NCBI GenBank assembly: GCA_951406725.2
Contig: OX597838.1
Location: 6,510,001 to 6,574,000 of the forward strand
Length of the DNA: 64,000 nt
Direction: 5' to 3'
Source of the DNA: Octopus vulgaris
Lineage: Eukaryota
In this document: positions 42,224 to 57,300 of the stretch, one piece after another
How the letters are laid out: each line of letters starts with the position of its first letter
How positions within the stretch are numbered: the stretch's first letter is position 1
Notes under the pieces: model-generated
Told to the model about the DNA's origin: nothing
The model's database searches: none
What the model saw: the letters and a program-made list of their open reading frames with translations, nothing else
Made by a program: the position numbers and the translations under genes

Positions 42224-42777
42224 ATATGTATCTATATAAGAATGGAAGTGTAACTCTATGTTTATAAAGGAAAAGAAAGCTGAAAGGGAGCGTACAAGAA
42301 TGATCGAAATTTAAAAAAAAAACTAAGGTTCTTATCAGAATCATGCTAAAATCAAACAAGAAAATAAACGAAAAAGAAAAGAATGAGAAAGAGAATGAAT
42401 GAACGCTGAATGAAGGAATTGTTAGAAAATAGCGAAAAAACCCCGAGAATTAATGTATAAAGCAAGCAAGACAACAATCATTCCGAATACCAATCCCTGC
42501 GAATAATGCGCTTCGTCTATACACACACACACTCGTTGATGGATCAACACATACACACGCAAAAATAAACGTGTGCGCGTATGCGTGTGCGTGTGAGTGT
42601 GTGTGTGTGTGTGTGTGTGGGCGCGCATATGCATATGTATATCGACATGTATTGCAACACCTATATATGTATTATAAAGTATAGGTTATATGTTAAAGCG
42701 AGAGCGTATATGCGTGTGTAAGAAGGCGGTGACCTGACAAGGCTGTAGTTAAGAGTTAAACGCAGTATAATACCTAC

Positions 42778-42862
<85 letters not shown>

Positions 42863-42959
42863 GTTATGTGCATGTTTGTGCTTATATATTTTTGTGTTGT
42901 GCTTTCCTCTGCCGTTCTCTATAAGTTTGTGTGTATATATGTACTTATGCATACATACA

Positions 42960-43062
<103 letters not shown>

Positions 43063-44079
43063 GTATATTAGAGTGGATTTCGAAGATGGAAACAGTAAGA
43101 GAATCGTTAATACATGCGTGTATATATATAGTTATGTGCATGTCTGTACCTATATATGTTTGTGTTGTTGTGCCTTTCTCTGCGCCGTTCTCTATATGTT
43201 TGTGTGCGAGGATGTATACTACTACGCATACACATCGACCACTTATTCGATATAATTGATGATTATATGGGGAGATTTATGGCGTGGAAAACCAGGAAGC
43301 AAATCGAAGACATTTTAAATATTTGTTGACATTTCTTTTAGAATTTTATCTTTTAATATTTTCTTTGCTATATTTTCACATTCTGTATTATTTTTACTTC
43401 ATTTTATTGTAATACTTTCTTTTTTAAATTTACCAAATATCTTTTAATACCGTAATTTTTCTGTTATTTAAATCTTCGTGTTTCACTTCATGGTAGCATT
43501 ATTTTCAGCAATTTATTTCAATAAGCAATATTACAGTGTTTCTTTAAATCAAGCTGCATTGTTGAAAATACTAACAACGAAGGAACTTAAAAAAAAAAAG
43601 AATTTAGAAAGTACAAATATATCGCTGCGTAAAAGAAACAAAGATGAAATGAAACAAAATAATGGCGGATAAATAAATGTAATACGCGAGTGTAAAGAAA
43701 GATGGATGTGAAGGAGTTTAATGAAAAATATAAAAGCTGAGAGGTTTTGGTTAAGACAGTGTGAAGGCATCTTGGACATTAAAAATATTTATCGTCAATG
43801 GTTGGGGTTGGGCGTAGAATTTATTGAGTATTTAAAGATAGGAAAACGATACGAAGACTAATATATGATGTGCATGGAGACAGTTACCATGACGAACGGT
43901 GAACACGAATTTTTTGTAATGCGCCCGCCCGCGTACATACATAAAAAGGAATATACATACTTACATATATGTACTTATACATACATGGTGATATATATAT
44001 ATATATATGAATATATATATATGCACACACACACACATGTATATATATATATATATGTATACATGTATATATAATATAT

Positions 44080-44143
<64 letters not shown>

Positions 44144-44501
44144 GTATGTGTGTGTATTATATATACATATATGTATCTCCAGCATGGTGGCGGTCAAAGA
44201 CTGATCAAGAAAAAAATAAAAGAATATGGGTTTATACTAGGTGTGTGTGTGTGTATATATATATGTGTGTGTATATATATATATGTGTGTATATACATAT
44301 ATAGAGAGAGATAGTTAGATAGATGGATAGATAGATAGGTAGATAGATAAATAGATAAATAGATAAATAGTAAGATAGACAAAATAAATCTATAATGACT
44401 ACTGGAAACAGATATAAGTCAAATTTACAACAAAGAAATATTTCATTTTGCCTCATTTTACACCTGTGAATGAATTCGTTTCTGTATGTGTATATATGTA
44501 T

Positions 44502-44588
<87 letters not shown>

Positions 44589-45213
44589 CATACATACATA
44601 TACATATGTATATGTATATATATACATTTTTAATCTGTTAGCAGGAAACGTTTGAATATGAAAATAATGTTTCCATTCCTCGATGCTGATATGATGTGAT
44701 CCAATGTTTTGGGATTGCATCCATCTATACAGATATACTATAGGATAAATATAGTAATAATATCAACATCCATTGTATGGAATTCATAAACAACTAAATC
44801 ATCACTACGCAGGTTTCTGCAAATTAGTGTCTCTTAAGATGGGTACGAAGATTTATATAAACCTATGTGTTAATGCTGTGAGCTGATATGTGTGAAATGT
44901 GTTAGATCTGCGATCATAACGAATAATATTTACTGAATCCCAAATTGGATATGCGTTCGTACTCTGGCGTATTTTGCACTTTTTGTTAAACGTATTTTAT
45001 TTTTTTTTTTTTGTGCAGAAATTGTTTCTGTGCACTTGCAGTTCAGGAAAACCCATAAAGTTTGGTTGTATGCGTCCTTTACATCTCTCTATGGTATATC
45101 TCACAGCTATCTGTTTATATGTCAATATATACATACATATATATATATATATATATCTGTTTCTTTCTCTCTCTCTATATATATATATAGATATAGATAT
45201 ATACATATATATG

Positions 45214-45280
<67 letters not shown>

Positions 45281-45301
45281 GCATATATATATACATATAT
45301 A

Positions 45302-45334
<33 letters not shown>

Positions 45335-47208
45335 TCGACAGTACATATGTATGCAGTTATGTGTTTTAACTACTGTATTCGAGCATTTTAGTTCTTATTT
45401 CTCATAATGTAGGTATTTTTACATCTGAGTCTTATTTGGTGACAACTGTAGTATTCCTTTTTTGGTAAAACACTGTAGACTACGGTCTAAATTCAATTAT
45501 TGTATACACTTAGCGATTCGCTAAATCATCCATCAACTTTTATGGTAAGTACCTATGTTCTGCCAGAAAAGCTAGTCCGGAAAAAGTCGAGTCGAGCGGC
45601 CCCTGCCTATGAAGTTACGGAATTAGCCGAAACTGACCGATCATTATAGAGATATTCATGACTTGTGCTTTCGGATGATTACGGGCCCTGTCGGTATATA
45701 TGTATACAATTATGTGCTTTCACAATTATACTTTTCCATTTTGGTAAAATATTGCAGACTACCGTCTAAATTAAATTATTTTATACAGATTAGCTATTTG
45801 ATTAATGGTTCTTTGATGTTTATAGTGATTACATATGTATTAACTGAGGATTAAGTCCGGTATCTACCGAATCTAATCATCCTCATTGCTGAGCGTACGG
45901 AAATAGCCGAAACTGACCGATCTGTATAAGGATATCTGGACCGGTGTTTTCGAATGATTACTGTCCCGTTCAGTATATATGTGTACAAACTTATGTGCTT
46001 TAACTACTGCATTAGAGCATTTTGACGCCTATCTCTAGCAACGTAGGTGTTCTTAAACCTTCAGTCACATTTAGTGATAACTATACTTTTCTTTTTTGGT
46101 AATACATTGCACAAGGTTGTCTATATTAATTATATATGTGTGTATGCATCTGTGAGTATGCGTGGGCAAGCGTATGTGTGTATACAAAAAACCTTTATTG
46201 GAAAGGTGTTTTTCACTCACATGGTGAATTGAAGAGATGATCATAGAAAGAAAATACACGGGGTGTATATCTTTTTATATGATAAAATATTTACTTCGAC
46301 AACCGGTTTCGGCTTTGCTAGAAATTAGTGAAAAATATTACGAAGTCGTGTTACCTTAATTTCTTTCTTTTTTTCTGTATGCTGTTACCAGGAATGTTGT
46401 TTCGTAAGTGAATCAATAGCTAAATAAATCTAATTGGAGGTAATTAGTGATTGCTATTATTAGAAGCAAGGGAAGTTGATAACTGTTCTTGATGGAAGTG
46501 AATTAGTTGTTTTACATGAATTTATGAATGAAAATATTAATGAATGAAAATCCATAATTGGTTTCGTAAATATATAGGCATCATCACGGTTTCTCTCTAC
46601 CGTATTTACTCACAAGCAATCGGTTGGCCTTCGGTTCTTGTAGAAATCCCCTGATCAATGTGTTATGCAATGAGGCTGAATGTCTTTGCAAGGGCGAGCT
46701 TTAGATCGTATAGCCATATTGCGTGTGTGTATATATATATATATATATGAGCTTTTGTACATATAACCATATTGTGTGTGTGTATATATATGAGTGTGTG
46801 TGTTTGTCTGCGTGTAGAATGAAAAGTAGGTCCCTGTAATTTTTACAAGAAATTAACATAAGAACAAGATTTTATTATTCTTGAATCACGTAGAAAGTGC
46901 GTCAACTCATTTCATCAGGGACTGCTGTAGGATAGAAAACCTAACTATTCGTATTAACCCATCAATTTCTACCAAAGACTTCTTACTTTAACAAACTGTC
47001 CAAAAAGGAATCAAAGAGTGTCAATTTAAGACCTCTGGCTGGCCACTCATGTAGACAACGACGGCCTATCAGCCTCTCAGGGAAGTGGGAATTCAGCCAT
47101 TCCATAGTGTGGCAACTTGGACTCGTGTCGTCTAGTATGGCTTCGGGCCGACTAAATCCTTGTGAGTGGAGTTGGTTGACGGAAAACGAAAGAAACACGT
47201 CGTATTTA

Positions 47209-47286
<78 letters not shown>

Positions 47287-47540
47287 TACTAACACAGACA
47301 TTTATTATACCTGTTGTATAGATAATGAGAATGGTAAAAAATAAATACACGATCTGAAGAAATCCATGAGACTTGAAGTGCCATATAAGATATATATTAT
47401 AATTGATGTCGGTATACCTGAATATAAATTGTGTTCTTTCATATGCGCACGTTTATCTCGGTTGTTTAATTAAGATGCCTTATGTCATTTTACTTGTATA
47501 TTATATTCTGTATATATGTAGGAATCACTTCATGTATATT

Positions 47541-47621
<81 letters not shown>

Positions 47622-47929
47622 TGTGTGTGGGTTCGTGCCTACTTGCATGTATGAAAGGTGTATGGAGAGATAGTGAGATATAAATATAAGGATTCGAAGG
47701 TAGATATAGGTATAGTTATATATGTACATTGCTAAATATACAAGTATTATTTATTTCATAAGTATGTATATATGATAATATATTTTAATACCTATCTAGC
47801 TAAATGGCTATCAAAATTTATATATATATATATATAACACCTACATATATACACGCACATTTATAATACATTCATATATACATATATATATATATGCACA
47901 TATTCATATATTTATTAATATATTTAAAC

Positions 47930-48018
<89 letters not shown>

Positions 48019-48703
48019 TATGTGCATGTATGTATATATATATAATAGTTCCCATATGAACTGTTTGCAAGTTCTACCAAGAACGAAAAATCAATTGCGT
48101 ACAATTTTAAACCTTCAATTCCAATATGATTGTATTAAAGTATTTAACTTAATATTTAATAGTATTATATTCACCAACAGCAGCACCAGTTCCACCCATA
48201 CAATCACCACCACCACCACCACCACCATCAGCAGCAGCAGCAGCATCATTGTGGACGTCAGCAGCAGCAGCAGCAAGTCACCACATTACAAACTTCGGCT
48301 GGCACAACTTTTCTTTCTGTTTTTTTTTTTGTTTTTTTTTGTTTTTTGGTTCTGTATTTAATCGTAGTCATTATATAGTTTGTAATGGAATTTCGCTTCC
48401 AATACTTACTTGCATTAGAAAGCAAGATAGGTTGCAAACGGGAGAGTAGATGCGACATTGAATCTCTTGACAAGCAATTTACTCCGGAGAATATATCTGT
48501 AAAATGGAATCACCGGTGGCCAATTACCTATGGCGAAGTTGTAAAAAAAGGTAAAATGGCGAAGATTTCTTTTCAGTCACTCAATACGCAGACAGAAACG
48601 TAATGACAAATAAATATCAGTAACACACCCCCGTCCCTATTGCTTCACATATACGTACGCCTTAACACACATATCATACACAAACACACACACATACAAA
48701 CAT

Positions 48704-48752
<49 letters not shown>

Positions 48753-48768
48753 CTTATATATAGTATAT

Positions 48769-48804
<36 letters not shown>

Positions 48805-48861
48805 ATATATACTTTATATTACATGTATTTATATATATATTATATTACATACATACATACC

Positions 48862-48913
<52 letters not shown>

Positions 48914-49769
48914 TATATACATATGTATGTATGTATGTATGTACGTATATATGTATGTTAATGTAATTATATGTGGTTATATGCATGTGTGTATATGACT
49001 GTATAGGAATATATTTATGTATTATGCCTTCTGCTAAATTTATAAAAGAGTCATTGTATAGAAATGGGGGAAAGTGAATTCAGTAAATTTAATTGAAAAT
49101 AACGTAATACAACATCCATTCGTCGCTAGACACACGCACACACAGTCACCCACTCACGTACAAAGAAACACGCGTACAAACACACACACACACACACACG
49201 TACGGAGGTATATGTATATGCTTGTATCTATGTATGCAAGTCTATATATATATATATATATACATACACGTCACTAAGGCTACTGAGGCACTAGGCAGCA
49301 CCAGCACTGCTAGAAATAAAAGGTAAAATGACTCATAGCCATGATAAACACTTATCTTAATGGCTGACAAGGGAATCAAGCTCCTTCAGCTCCCAAGCTT
49401 AACCAGATCATATTGATTTCACATCTATATTAATGCCTGTCACTGACTCTCGCCTAGCGCCTTGGGTTAAACTCAACTCGCTTTGTCACTTTATTAGATT
49501 ATTATAGAAATCAAACGCTTGTTTTCTATATACAGTAAAAGGAAAATTATAAATAATAAGGTTGAGTTGTTCGCAATTTTACAAACGAAAGCCAGAAATA
49601 TATACGACGCTAAAGCGACTGAGGGATCTATCGAGCACCACTTTTACTAGAAATAAAAGATAAATCAATTCATAGCCCCGATAATTACTTATGTTAATGA
49701 ACATAAGAACAATTTATTTTGGCATAAGAAACAGTTTTTTTAAATTTATTTAACTGTTTCTTATAAAGC

Positions 49770-49813
49770 AAATAATTTTTTCCTGCGTTTGGTAACTTTT
49801 GAATCACCCTGTA
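49770..49813. mobile_element. Isolated Tc1/mariner-type terminus
   Basis: ACTTTTGAATCACCCTG|TA, i.e. the reverse complement TA|CAGGGTGATTCAAAAGT. Confidence 0.45.
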
Positions 49814-49941
49814 AATTGCTGGTCCATGTTCGATGCATGGCCAGTAGGAGTTCAAACCTCTCTGTACGATATTATTTTGAAAGCTCTCCCAATTATATAT
49901 TTTTGGAAAGTCTGGTATCAGAATCTCTCCAAGTCAAAAGG

Positions 49942-49972
<31 letters not shown>

Positions 49973-50091
49973 GGTCCCGGGTTGATTCGGGGTTAACCAC
50001 AGTAAGTAAGGTACTCAATACATAGCAGAGTAAAATTAATTTATTATATAGAATGAAACAGTACTAGTCCTGTAGAAGCTCCTTCTATATA

Positions 50092-50138
<47 letters not shown>

Positions 50139-50141
<3 letters not shown>

Positions 50142-50440
50142 GGTGCGATGCGTAACTTTATACTTTCAATTTCGCGCTTGCGTATAGTTTCTGTTTGAAT
50201 TTGCCGACTACACAGTAGAGTAGAGTCAGTTGAACAGCATCATGACACATTTCACTCTGCTAGAAATATGGAAACGACTTCGTGTACTGCTTGGCATTCG
50301 CGCTGGAAGCTCCAATACGAACACTTCACAGTCAACATCATGGTTTTTGGAGTGATAATTACTGATGGCGAAGTTATACCTCTATTCCTCTTTCTACACG
50401 GCCTCATACTCAACACGTACACCACAATCAAATGCCTGGA

Positions 50441-50482
<42 letters not shown>

Positions 50483-50933
50483 GCTCTGGATCAAGAGGAT
50501 AGCTCCTGGAAGACCCTACTTCTGGCAACAGGTCTCTGCACCATGGGACACAAGCAGGAGAACCCAATTATTGCTGTCATACAATTTCTGCAACCACATT
50601 ACCCCTAACATCTGGTCATCAAATTACCCAGATTTCAAACCTCTTGATTATTAAATGTGGGTCGCTGTTCAGTGAAAGACCAACAAAACTCCTTACAGCA
50701 ACAAAGATGAACTGGTGGCAGGAATTATGACAGCATTCACCAACTAAAACAAAGAAACCGTCCAGAAGAGTTGCAGGAAACCGAAGCCAATGACGATTTT
50801 ATTAACTAAATTTGCTCTTTAGTATTTCAAGATATTTTTATGTAATTTTGGTAAAAAAATATCTGTAAAAAGAGTTGTCAGTGCTATTTTCATTCTTGCG
50901 CAATTTAAACGACAGATTATTCACCGCACCCTG
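50139..50933 (+). mobile_element. Internally deleted DD37D (maT-type) Tc1/mariner element
   Basis: TA|CAGGGTGCG...CGCACCCTG|TA termini. ORF 50268-50654 reads IMVFGVI...GRPYFWQQ(V)SAP...IWSSNYPDFKPLDY, with 37 residues between the second (mutated D>V) and third catalytic Asp. Contains a (GA)n insertion. Confidence 0.85.
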
Positions 50934-50963
50934 TATACATTCATCAATGCATACATACATACA

Positions 50964-50994
<31 letters not shown>

Positions 50995-51162
50995 TTACAT
51001 GCACACATACACACACACATATATATATACATATATGTATAATGTTATATATATATACACATATATATAATATTTTGTAAATATATTAATATATATTTAA
51101 TGTTATATATATATATAGGATATATATTTATATATATAACGCGCACGTGGTAAATATATAAC

Positions 51163-51246
51163 AATTATTATCATCATTATATTATATTATTATTATTATT
51201 ATTTTTATTATCATTATTATTATTATTATCATTTTAATCATTATTA

Positions 51247-51304
<58 letters not shown>

Positions 51305-51369
51305 CATATTTATTATAATTATTATTATTATAATTATTATTATATTTACTATTATTATTAATATTATTA

Positions 51370-51406
<37 letters not shown>

Positions 51407-51478
51407 TATTATTATTATTATTACTATTATCATTAATATTATTATTATTATCATTATTATTATTATTATTATTATTAA

Positions 51479-51514
<36 letters not shown>

Positions 51515-51516
51515 TA

Positions 51517-51568
<52 letters not shown>

Positions 51569-51576
51569 CATTATTA
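51163..51576. repeat. (TTA)n array
   Basis: Seen directly. Confidence 0.95.
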
Positions 51577-52379
51577 CTTGAGTGTAATAACCACACAATC
51601 CAATTTTTTAACATTCATTTCTATTTCGGATCTAATATATCTCAATTTTGGATTCTAGTAATTTCTCTTGTCAAATATTTTCAATTTTTTTCACCCCAGG
51701 ATGATGTAAACCGTTTTGTAATATCATGCATTTATTAATTTACTCATCTCCATCATTTTTCTTCATTTTTCTAAAATTCTTGCTTCCTCCTTGCGATATC
51801 CATTTTTGTTTTGTCATTCCAAGGAGATGGTTGTCAGCGCATTAACTTATTCCCTATTGGATTTTTTTTTCTTTATCTCGATACCTGTCTTACGAACTTA
51901 ATGAGAAAAATTGTTATAAGACATGATACTTTTCCGAAGAATTCGAGAATGAATGTATCAAAACCCTAAAACAAAAAAGAAATTATGATTGTAGATGATC
52001 TTTTCTAAATTTTTTCCCTCAAATTCTACAGTGACATCGAACAGCACTAAAATATATTTCGTGCTGACAATCCGAAAAGCTATTATATACACATTTCTCC
52101 ATCGAATTCAATGCCCTGTCGATAGATCAATCAAATCTGAAGAAACCGTTGTATAAGAAATAGGTTCTAACGCTGTCTAATTATTTTCGTATGTAAAATC
52201 TCATCAACTCGTCAATTTGATTTCTACGCTGAATTTTCGAATGTTTAAATATGAGTGGAGAGTATGAAGATATTTTTAAAAAAATGGTTCTTCGTAAAAG
52301 TTAAATGAAAAAGTTCTTTTTCTACGCATTCGTCTACTTTGAAATAGAACTAAACGTCAGTAATACAGGTTAAAATATC

Positions 52380-52585
52380 GTGGTACTCCGGCGGTTACGA
52401 CTACGAGGGTTCTAGTTGATCCTGTCAATGGAGCAGCCAGCTCGTGAAATTAACATGCAAGTGGCTTGAGCACTTCGCAGACACGTGTACCCTTAACGTA
52501 GCTCTCGGGGAGATTCAGCGTGACGCAAAGTTTGACAAGTCTGACCCTTTGAATTACAGGCACAACAGAAACAGGAAGAAAGAGT
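52380..52585 (-). mobile_element. SINE family C 3' half
   Basis: Matches 12890-13082. Confidence 0.8.
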
Positions 52586-52762
52586 TTATTCTCTTTGATG
52601 GCACCTTGGAGAAATAGTTTTCAATTGTTGACGTGGACAGACTAAATTCTTCTGAATGAATAGTTGAACGGAAATGCTTTGGAAATCCGAACTATATGTT
52701 TGTATTTTATATATATATATGTTTGTATGTATGTATATATACATATATATATACATACATAC

Positions 52763-52806
<44 letters not shown>

Positions 52807-53739
52807 GTATGTATACAGAGACAGAGCAAGTGAAAAAGAGAGAGAGGGTGGTCACAATTTGATAATTTGTGTTACGTTGGTTTGTCGCAGTATGGCTGCA
52901 GAAAATTAAAAGATGAACAAGTTAGATAAACTCTTGCGCACCGTTCTCTCAAGGCCTGCAAAGCACATGTATCTCGTCCTTATCAGCATCGAATTATTAA
53001 AATATGGCGTGTTTCTGAGAAACTACAAGCAATGTAGTATGTATAGAGTGTACTATTCTTCTAAATAAATTAAATACTGAAGGTTGTGCGGTTGTTATCT
53101 TCAATGTATAACGGAGAAATTGTATATATTATATGGCTATAGGAAAAGTGATCTATGGCGAGAAATCTGCGTACTCTATTCTTATCAATCTGCTGATATC
53201 ACATCCAACCATTGATTTAAAGATATACAATAGGAAGACACAGATCATTCAATCTGTAGTGAATGCTCTAAAAAGACGGATAAGCGTGTGGTGGGGGAAT
53301 GATGTGATGCCTTACAACAACCCACAATAGCTAGACGACTAATCATAAAATAAAAAAAAATATTTTTTAAAAACATTAAATGCAGCCATGTTGTGTTTTT
53401 ATATTTTCCTCAAATCGATAATCAAAATGTGAACGGGGATTTAATTGAATTTTCAGAATTATAGGAGAAGCCTTAAATTTTCATATGATTTTTTTATGTC
53501 TGATAATCCTTTCGATAATTTAAATCTATTCAAACTAACGTCACGGTTTAAAAAAATTTTTTTTTTCTTCTGTTTATTGTATCCTTTGTCTTTTTTTGTG
53601 TTGTTGTCATTTTTGCAATAGAATACGCCATATTAAAAATGGAATGATAAACACACTCTTGATGATCATAACCACGAAAAAAAGAGAAAAAACAACAACA
53701 ACAACAACAGACAGAGCTGCAACAAAAGCAGCAAAAACA

Positions 53740-53760
53740 GCAATAATAATAATAATATTA

Positions 53761-53816
<56 letters not shown>

Positions 53817-53974
53817 GATGATAATAATAATAATACTGATAATAATGTTAATAATTATGATGATAAAAATAATAATAGTACTTATTATTTTTATTATTGT
53901 GATAATAATAACAATAACAATAAAGATAACAGTGAAAAACAAAAACGATAATAATAATAATAATAATAATAATG

Positions 53975-54010
<36 letters not shown>

Positions 54011-54242
54011 TTGTCGATGATGATGATGATAATAATTATAATGTGAAGAAAAACAACAACCAAAATAAAAATAAGATGAAGTAGAACAATCAGAATTTAT
54101 ATTATTATTGTTTAAATTACCCATAATATTAACATAATTTCTCTCCTACATTTGATAATCATGACTAGAAGGTTGAAACATCCAGATTAATTCCAATATT
54201 ATTATCGTTATCAATATCATCATCATCATCATCATTATTATC

Positions 54243-54285
<43 letters not shown>

Positions 54286-54312
54286 TTATTATTATCAGTA
54301 GTAGTAGTAGTT

Positions 54313-54349
<37 letters not shown>

Positions 54350-54395
54350 CAGCAGCAGTAGTAGTAAGTAGCAGCAGTAGCAGTAGTGGGAGTAC

Positions 54396-54437
<42 letters not shown>

Positions 54438-54442
54438 CAGCT

Positions 54443-54473
<31 letters not shown>

Positions 54474-54480
54474 TAGTAGC

Positions 54481-54533
<53 letters not shown>

Positions 54534-54560
54534 CAGCAGCAGCAGTAGTAGTAGTAGTAT

Positions 54561-54620
<60 letters not shown>
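53740..54620. repeat. (TAA)n, (TTA)n and (TAG)n arrays
   Basis: Seen directly. Confidence 0.9.
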
Positions 54621-54621
<1 letters not shown>

Positions 54622-54850
54622 TACTCGGTGAAATCAACGATAGGATCATATATATCTACACATCTTGTGGAAAACATCTGATGTTTATATTCATATTACC
54701 GTCACACAAATCGCACACGTTTCGTTTCCAAATAGGAAGAATGAAAGAATACCAAATAGAACAAATTCTACATGAGAATGAATCCAACGCGACTTTGGAG
54801 AACTGGCATAAGTAGAGGTGCAACACGAGGGGAGTGCTCCGATTATAACG

Positions 54851-54888
<38 letters not shown>

Positions 54889-54891
<3 letters not shown>

Positions 54892-55875
54892 CGTCCTTAC
54901 TCGAAAGATACATGTTGTAATGTCTCGACTGTAACCAACCGAAATTGCAAAGATAAACTGGAACTCGACTGAGGAAAGAAAACTCCGAGTGTGATCCGTC
55001 CTTGTTTTCTTTGTATCATCTATCTTGATGCCTTGTCCCTTTTTTGTATCATCTAACTGCTTTGATGTTTTGCGTCCTTGTCCCCTTTTTATGTTTAATA
55101 TACAAAAATATAGCAGTGTATGTATTTATATGCAAGTATATATGTATATATATATAAATATATATATGTATGTATATATATATATATATAAATTTTGTTA
55201 TTCATTTTATTATTTTATTCATTCCTTCTTTCTATCAGCCCTTTCACACTTCGTTCATTCCATTCTTCGTTCTTTCTTTCACCTCTATCACTTTTCCTGG
55301 CCTTCCCTTTATGCTCACTTTCCCTCCTCTTTCGCTTCACTGTGTCCCTTTTATTTTTCTTGCCCTCCTTAATTCTTCTATCCCTCTGCTTATACCTCTC
55401 TCTCTCTCTCTCTCTTCTCTCTCCATGAGACCGGTGTTTGGTCAACCCTGGCCCTTCTTGGTTCGACTACTATCCGTGCAACATCTATATTCCTCCCTGT
55501 GCCTCTCCCTCCAAACCTACGCCCCTGCCGTAAGGCTTTACCTCCACACACGCCAGCTTAATCTAATTCGCCTTAGTCGAAAGACACCTGCTGCTATGTC
55601 CTGTTATTTGTATTTGTATTTGTGTAACACTTCTCCCTTTATTTCCATCCTTGTTTTCACATACATTCGCTCCTTTTTTCCAAGGAATATGATGCGCTTA
55701 GATTTTTTTATACTTGGGACTGGCCAGATTGGAGCAATCTCGAGTATAACTGGCCAAAATTGATAAAATGATCTGGGACTCGACTGAGGAAAGAAAACAC
55801 CGAATGACCTGTCTTTGCTTTCTTTGTAACATCTGTCTGGATGTTTTGCGTTCGTGTCCCATTTTTGTATCTTTT
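54889..55875 (+). repeat. Diverged tandem pair of a non-coding repeat (pLTR-like)
   Basis: AATTCG(T)CCTTA.TCGAAAGA.AC.TG.TG..ATGTC at 54889 and ~55565; ACTCGACTGAGGAAAGAAAAC.CCGA.TG at ~54963 and ~55778. Confidence 0.7.
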
Positions 55876-55917
55876 ATATACATACATATATATATATTTA
55901 TGTATTTATGTATGCTC

Positions 55918-55975
<58 letters not shown>

Positions 55976-56067
55976 GGAATTCCAACTTTGATTTCCACGT
56001 TTTACTTACAATCTTATATTTGGAATTCCTTTGATTAATATATTCTTCTTTACACAATTATACACAC

Positions 56068-56120
<53 letters not shown>

Positions 56121-56156
56121 TAATTAAATACATATATAGGTGTATTTATATATGTT

Positions 56157-56202
<46 letters not shown>

Positions 56203-56630
56203 GTGTGTATATATACATATTTATGTATATTTATGTATATATGCAAGGCATGATACTTAACTTATCAGAGACTCATATATTTTATGTGAGCAGATCTAAA
56301 GCATAGTCAAGCAGAACTCAAATTCAATTTTCACGGTACAGACTTGTGTTGACATTTATGTTTTTTGAGGTAATCAAATTGCTTACTACTTTCTATATAT
56401 TCAATTTTCACATAGATATGTTTATGATGACACAGCGATTCATCCTATTATTATGAGGAATTATTTTTGCTAAATTTGCTTTAGAGACTTGGCCCACGTT
56501 TATGTTACATCATGTGGAGTTTATAGTCATTATTATTCAATGGATGATATGTCTAAGCCGAATCTCAGGCTTTATACATCCAATCAGATAACATCCGGAA
56601 AATTCACCGCAATGAGCGCACGTATATATG

Positions 56631-56669
<39 letters not shown>

Positions 56670-56699
56670 TGAAAAGAAGCTCCATATTTTTAAAATGTT

Positions 56700-57300
56700 T
56701 ATAAATTATTTATTAATTGTAATTTTTACAAAAAATATGGATATGTCATGAGAGTTTTTCGTATGAGATTTCATTTAAAATTCTGTATGGGTCCCTGGTA
56801 CCGCCACCAGCTTTCTCAGGCGCCTAGAAATTGCGTCAATTTTTGCGGTATGGAAGACACAATTTGTATTCACTCGTCAAGTTCTTCGAATGTTCTTGTT
56901 TTGCTACAGTAGATTTTTTCAGTTAACCCACATGAATAAAGTATTCACATGTTGCTAGGTCGGGACAACCCCAACCCGTCTATCTCCCGGGAAATTGGGC
57001 ATTCACCCAGTCATGAACGACAACAGCAAAATGCATCTTAGTGAGGTACATTTCGGCATTCATGATATTGCGAAGAATGGGCCCACTTTCCTGTCCGATG
57101 TCATGCCACACCACACTGTTACTTTGGGTCGATTCTGTATTTTTTTCAAAGATAACAAGCGGCTCCTCCCCTGATCAGATGGGACAGTTGCGACGCTTCA
57201 CAAAGCCAGTGATGTGAAATTTCGCTTTATCAGTCCAGAGAATATTTTAAAATCTATGGTAAATATCTTTCCATTCTTGTGTCACGTTGTGACCCAAGAC
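56700..57300 (-). mobile_element. Decayed Tc1/mariner-superfamily transposase
   Basis: Minus-strand fragments WTDKAKFHITGFVKRRNC, MNAEMYL, HFAVVVHDWVNAQFPGR, CPDLATCEYF match the WSDEA.F...G.VNRHNC / HFA..VR.WLN..FPGRW / SPDLTPCDFF type. Confidence 0.75.

Noticed and set aside
46295-46320. CGAAACCGGT hammerhead half-motif on the minus strand
   Set aside because: No nearby CTGANGA partner or stem I was found.
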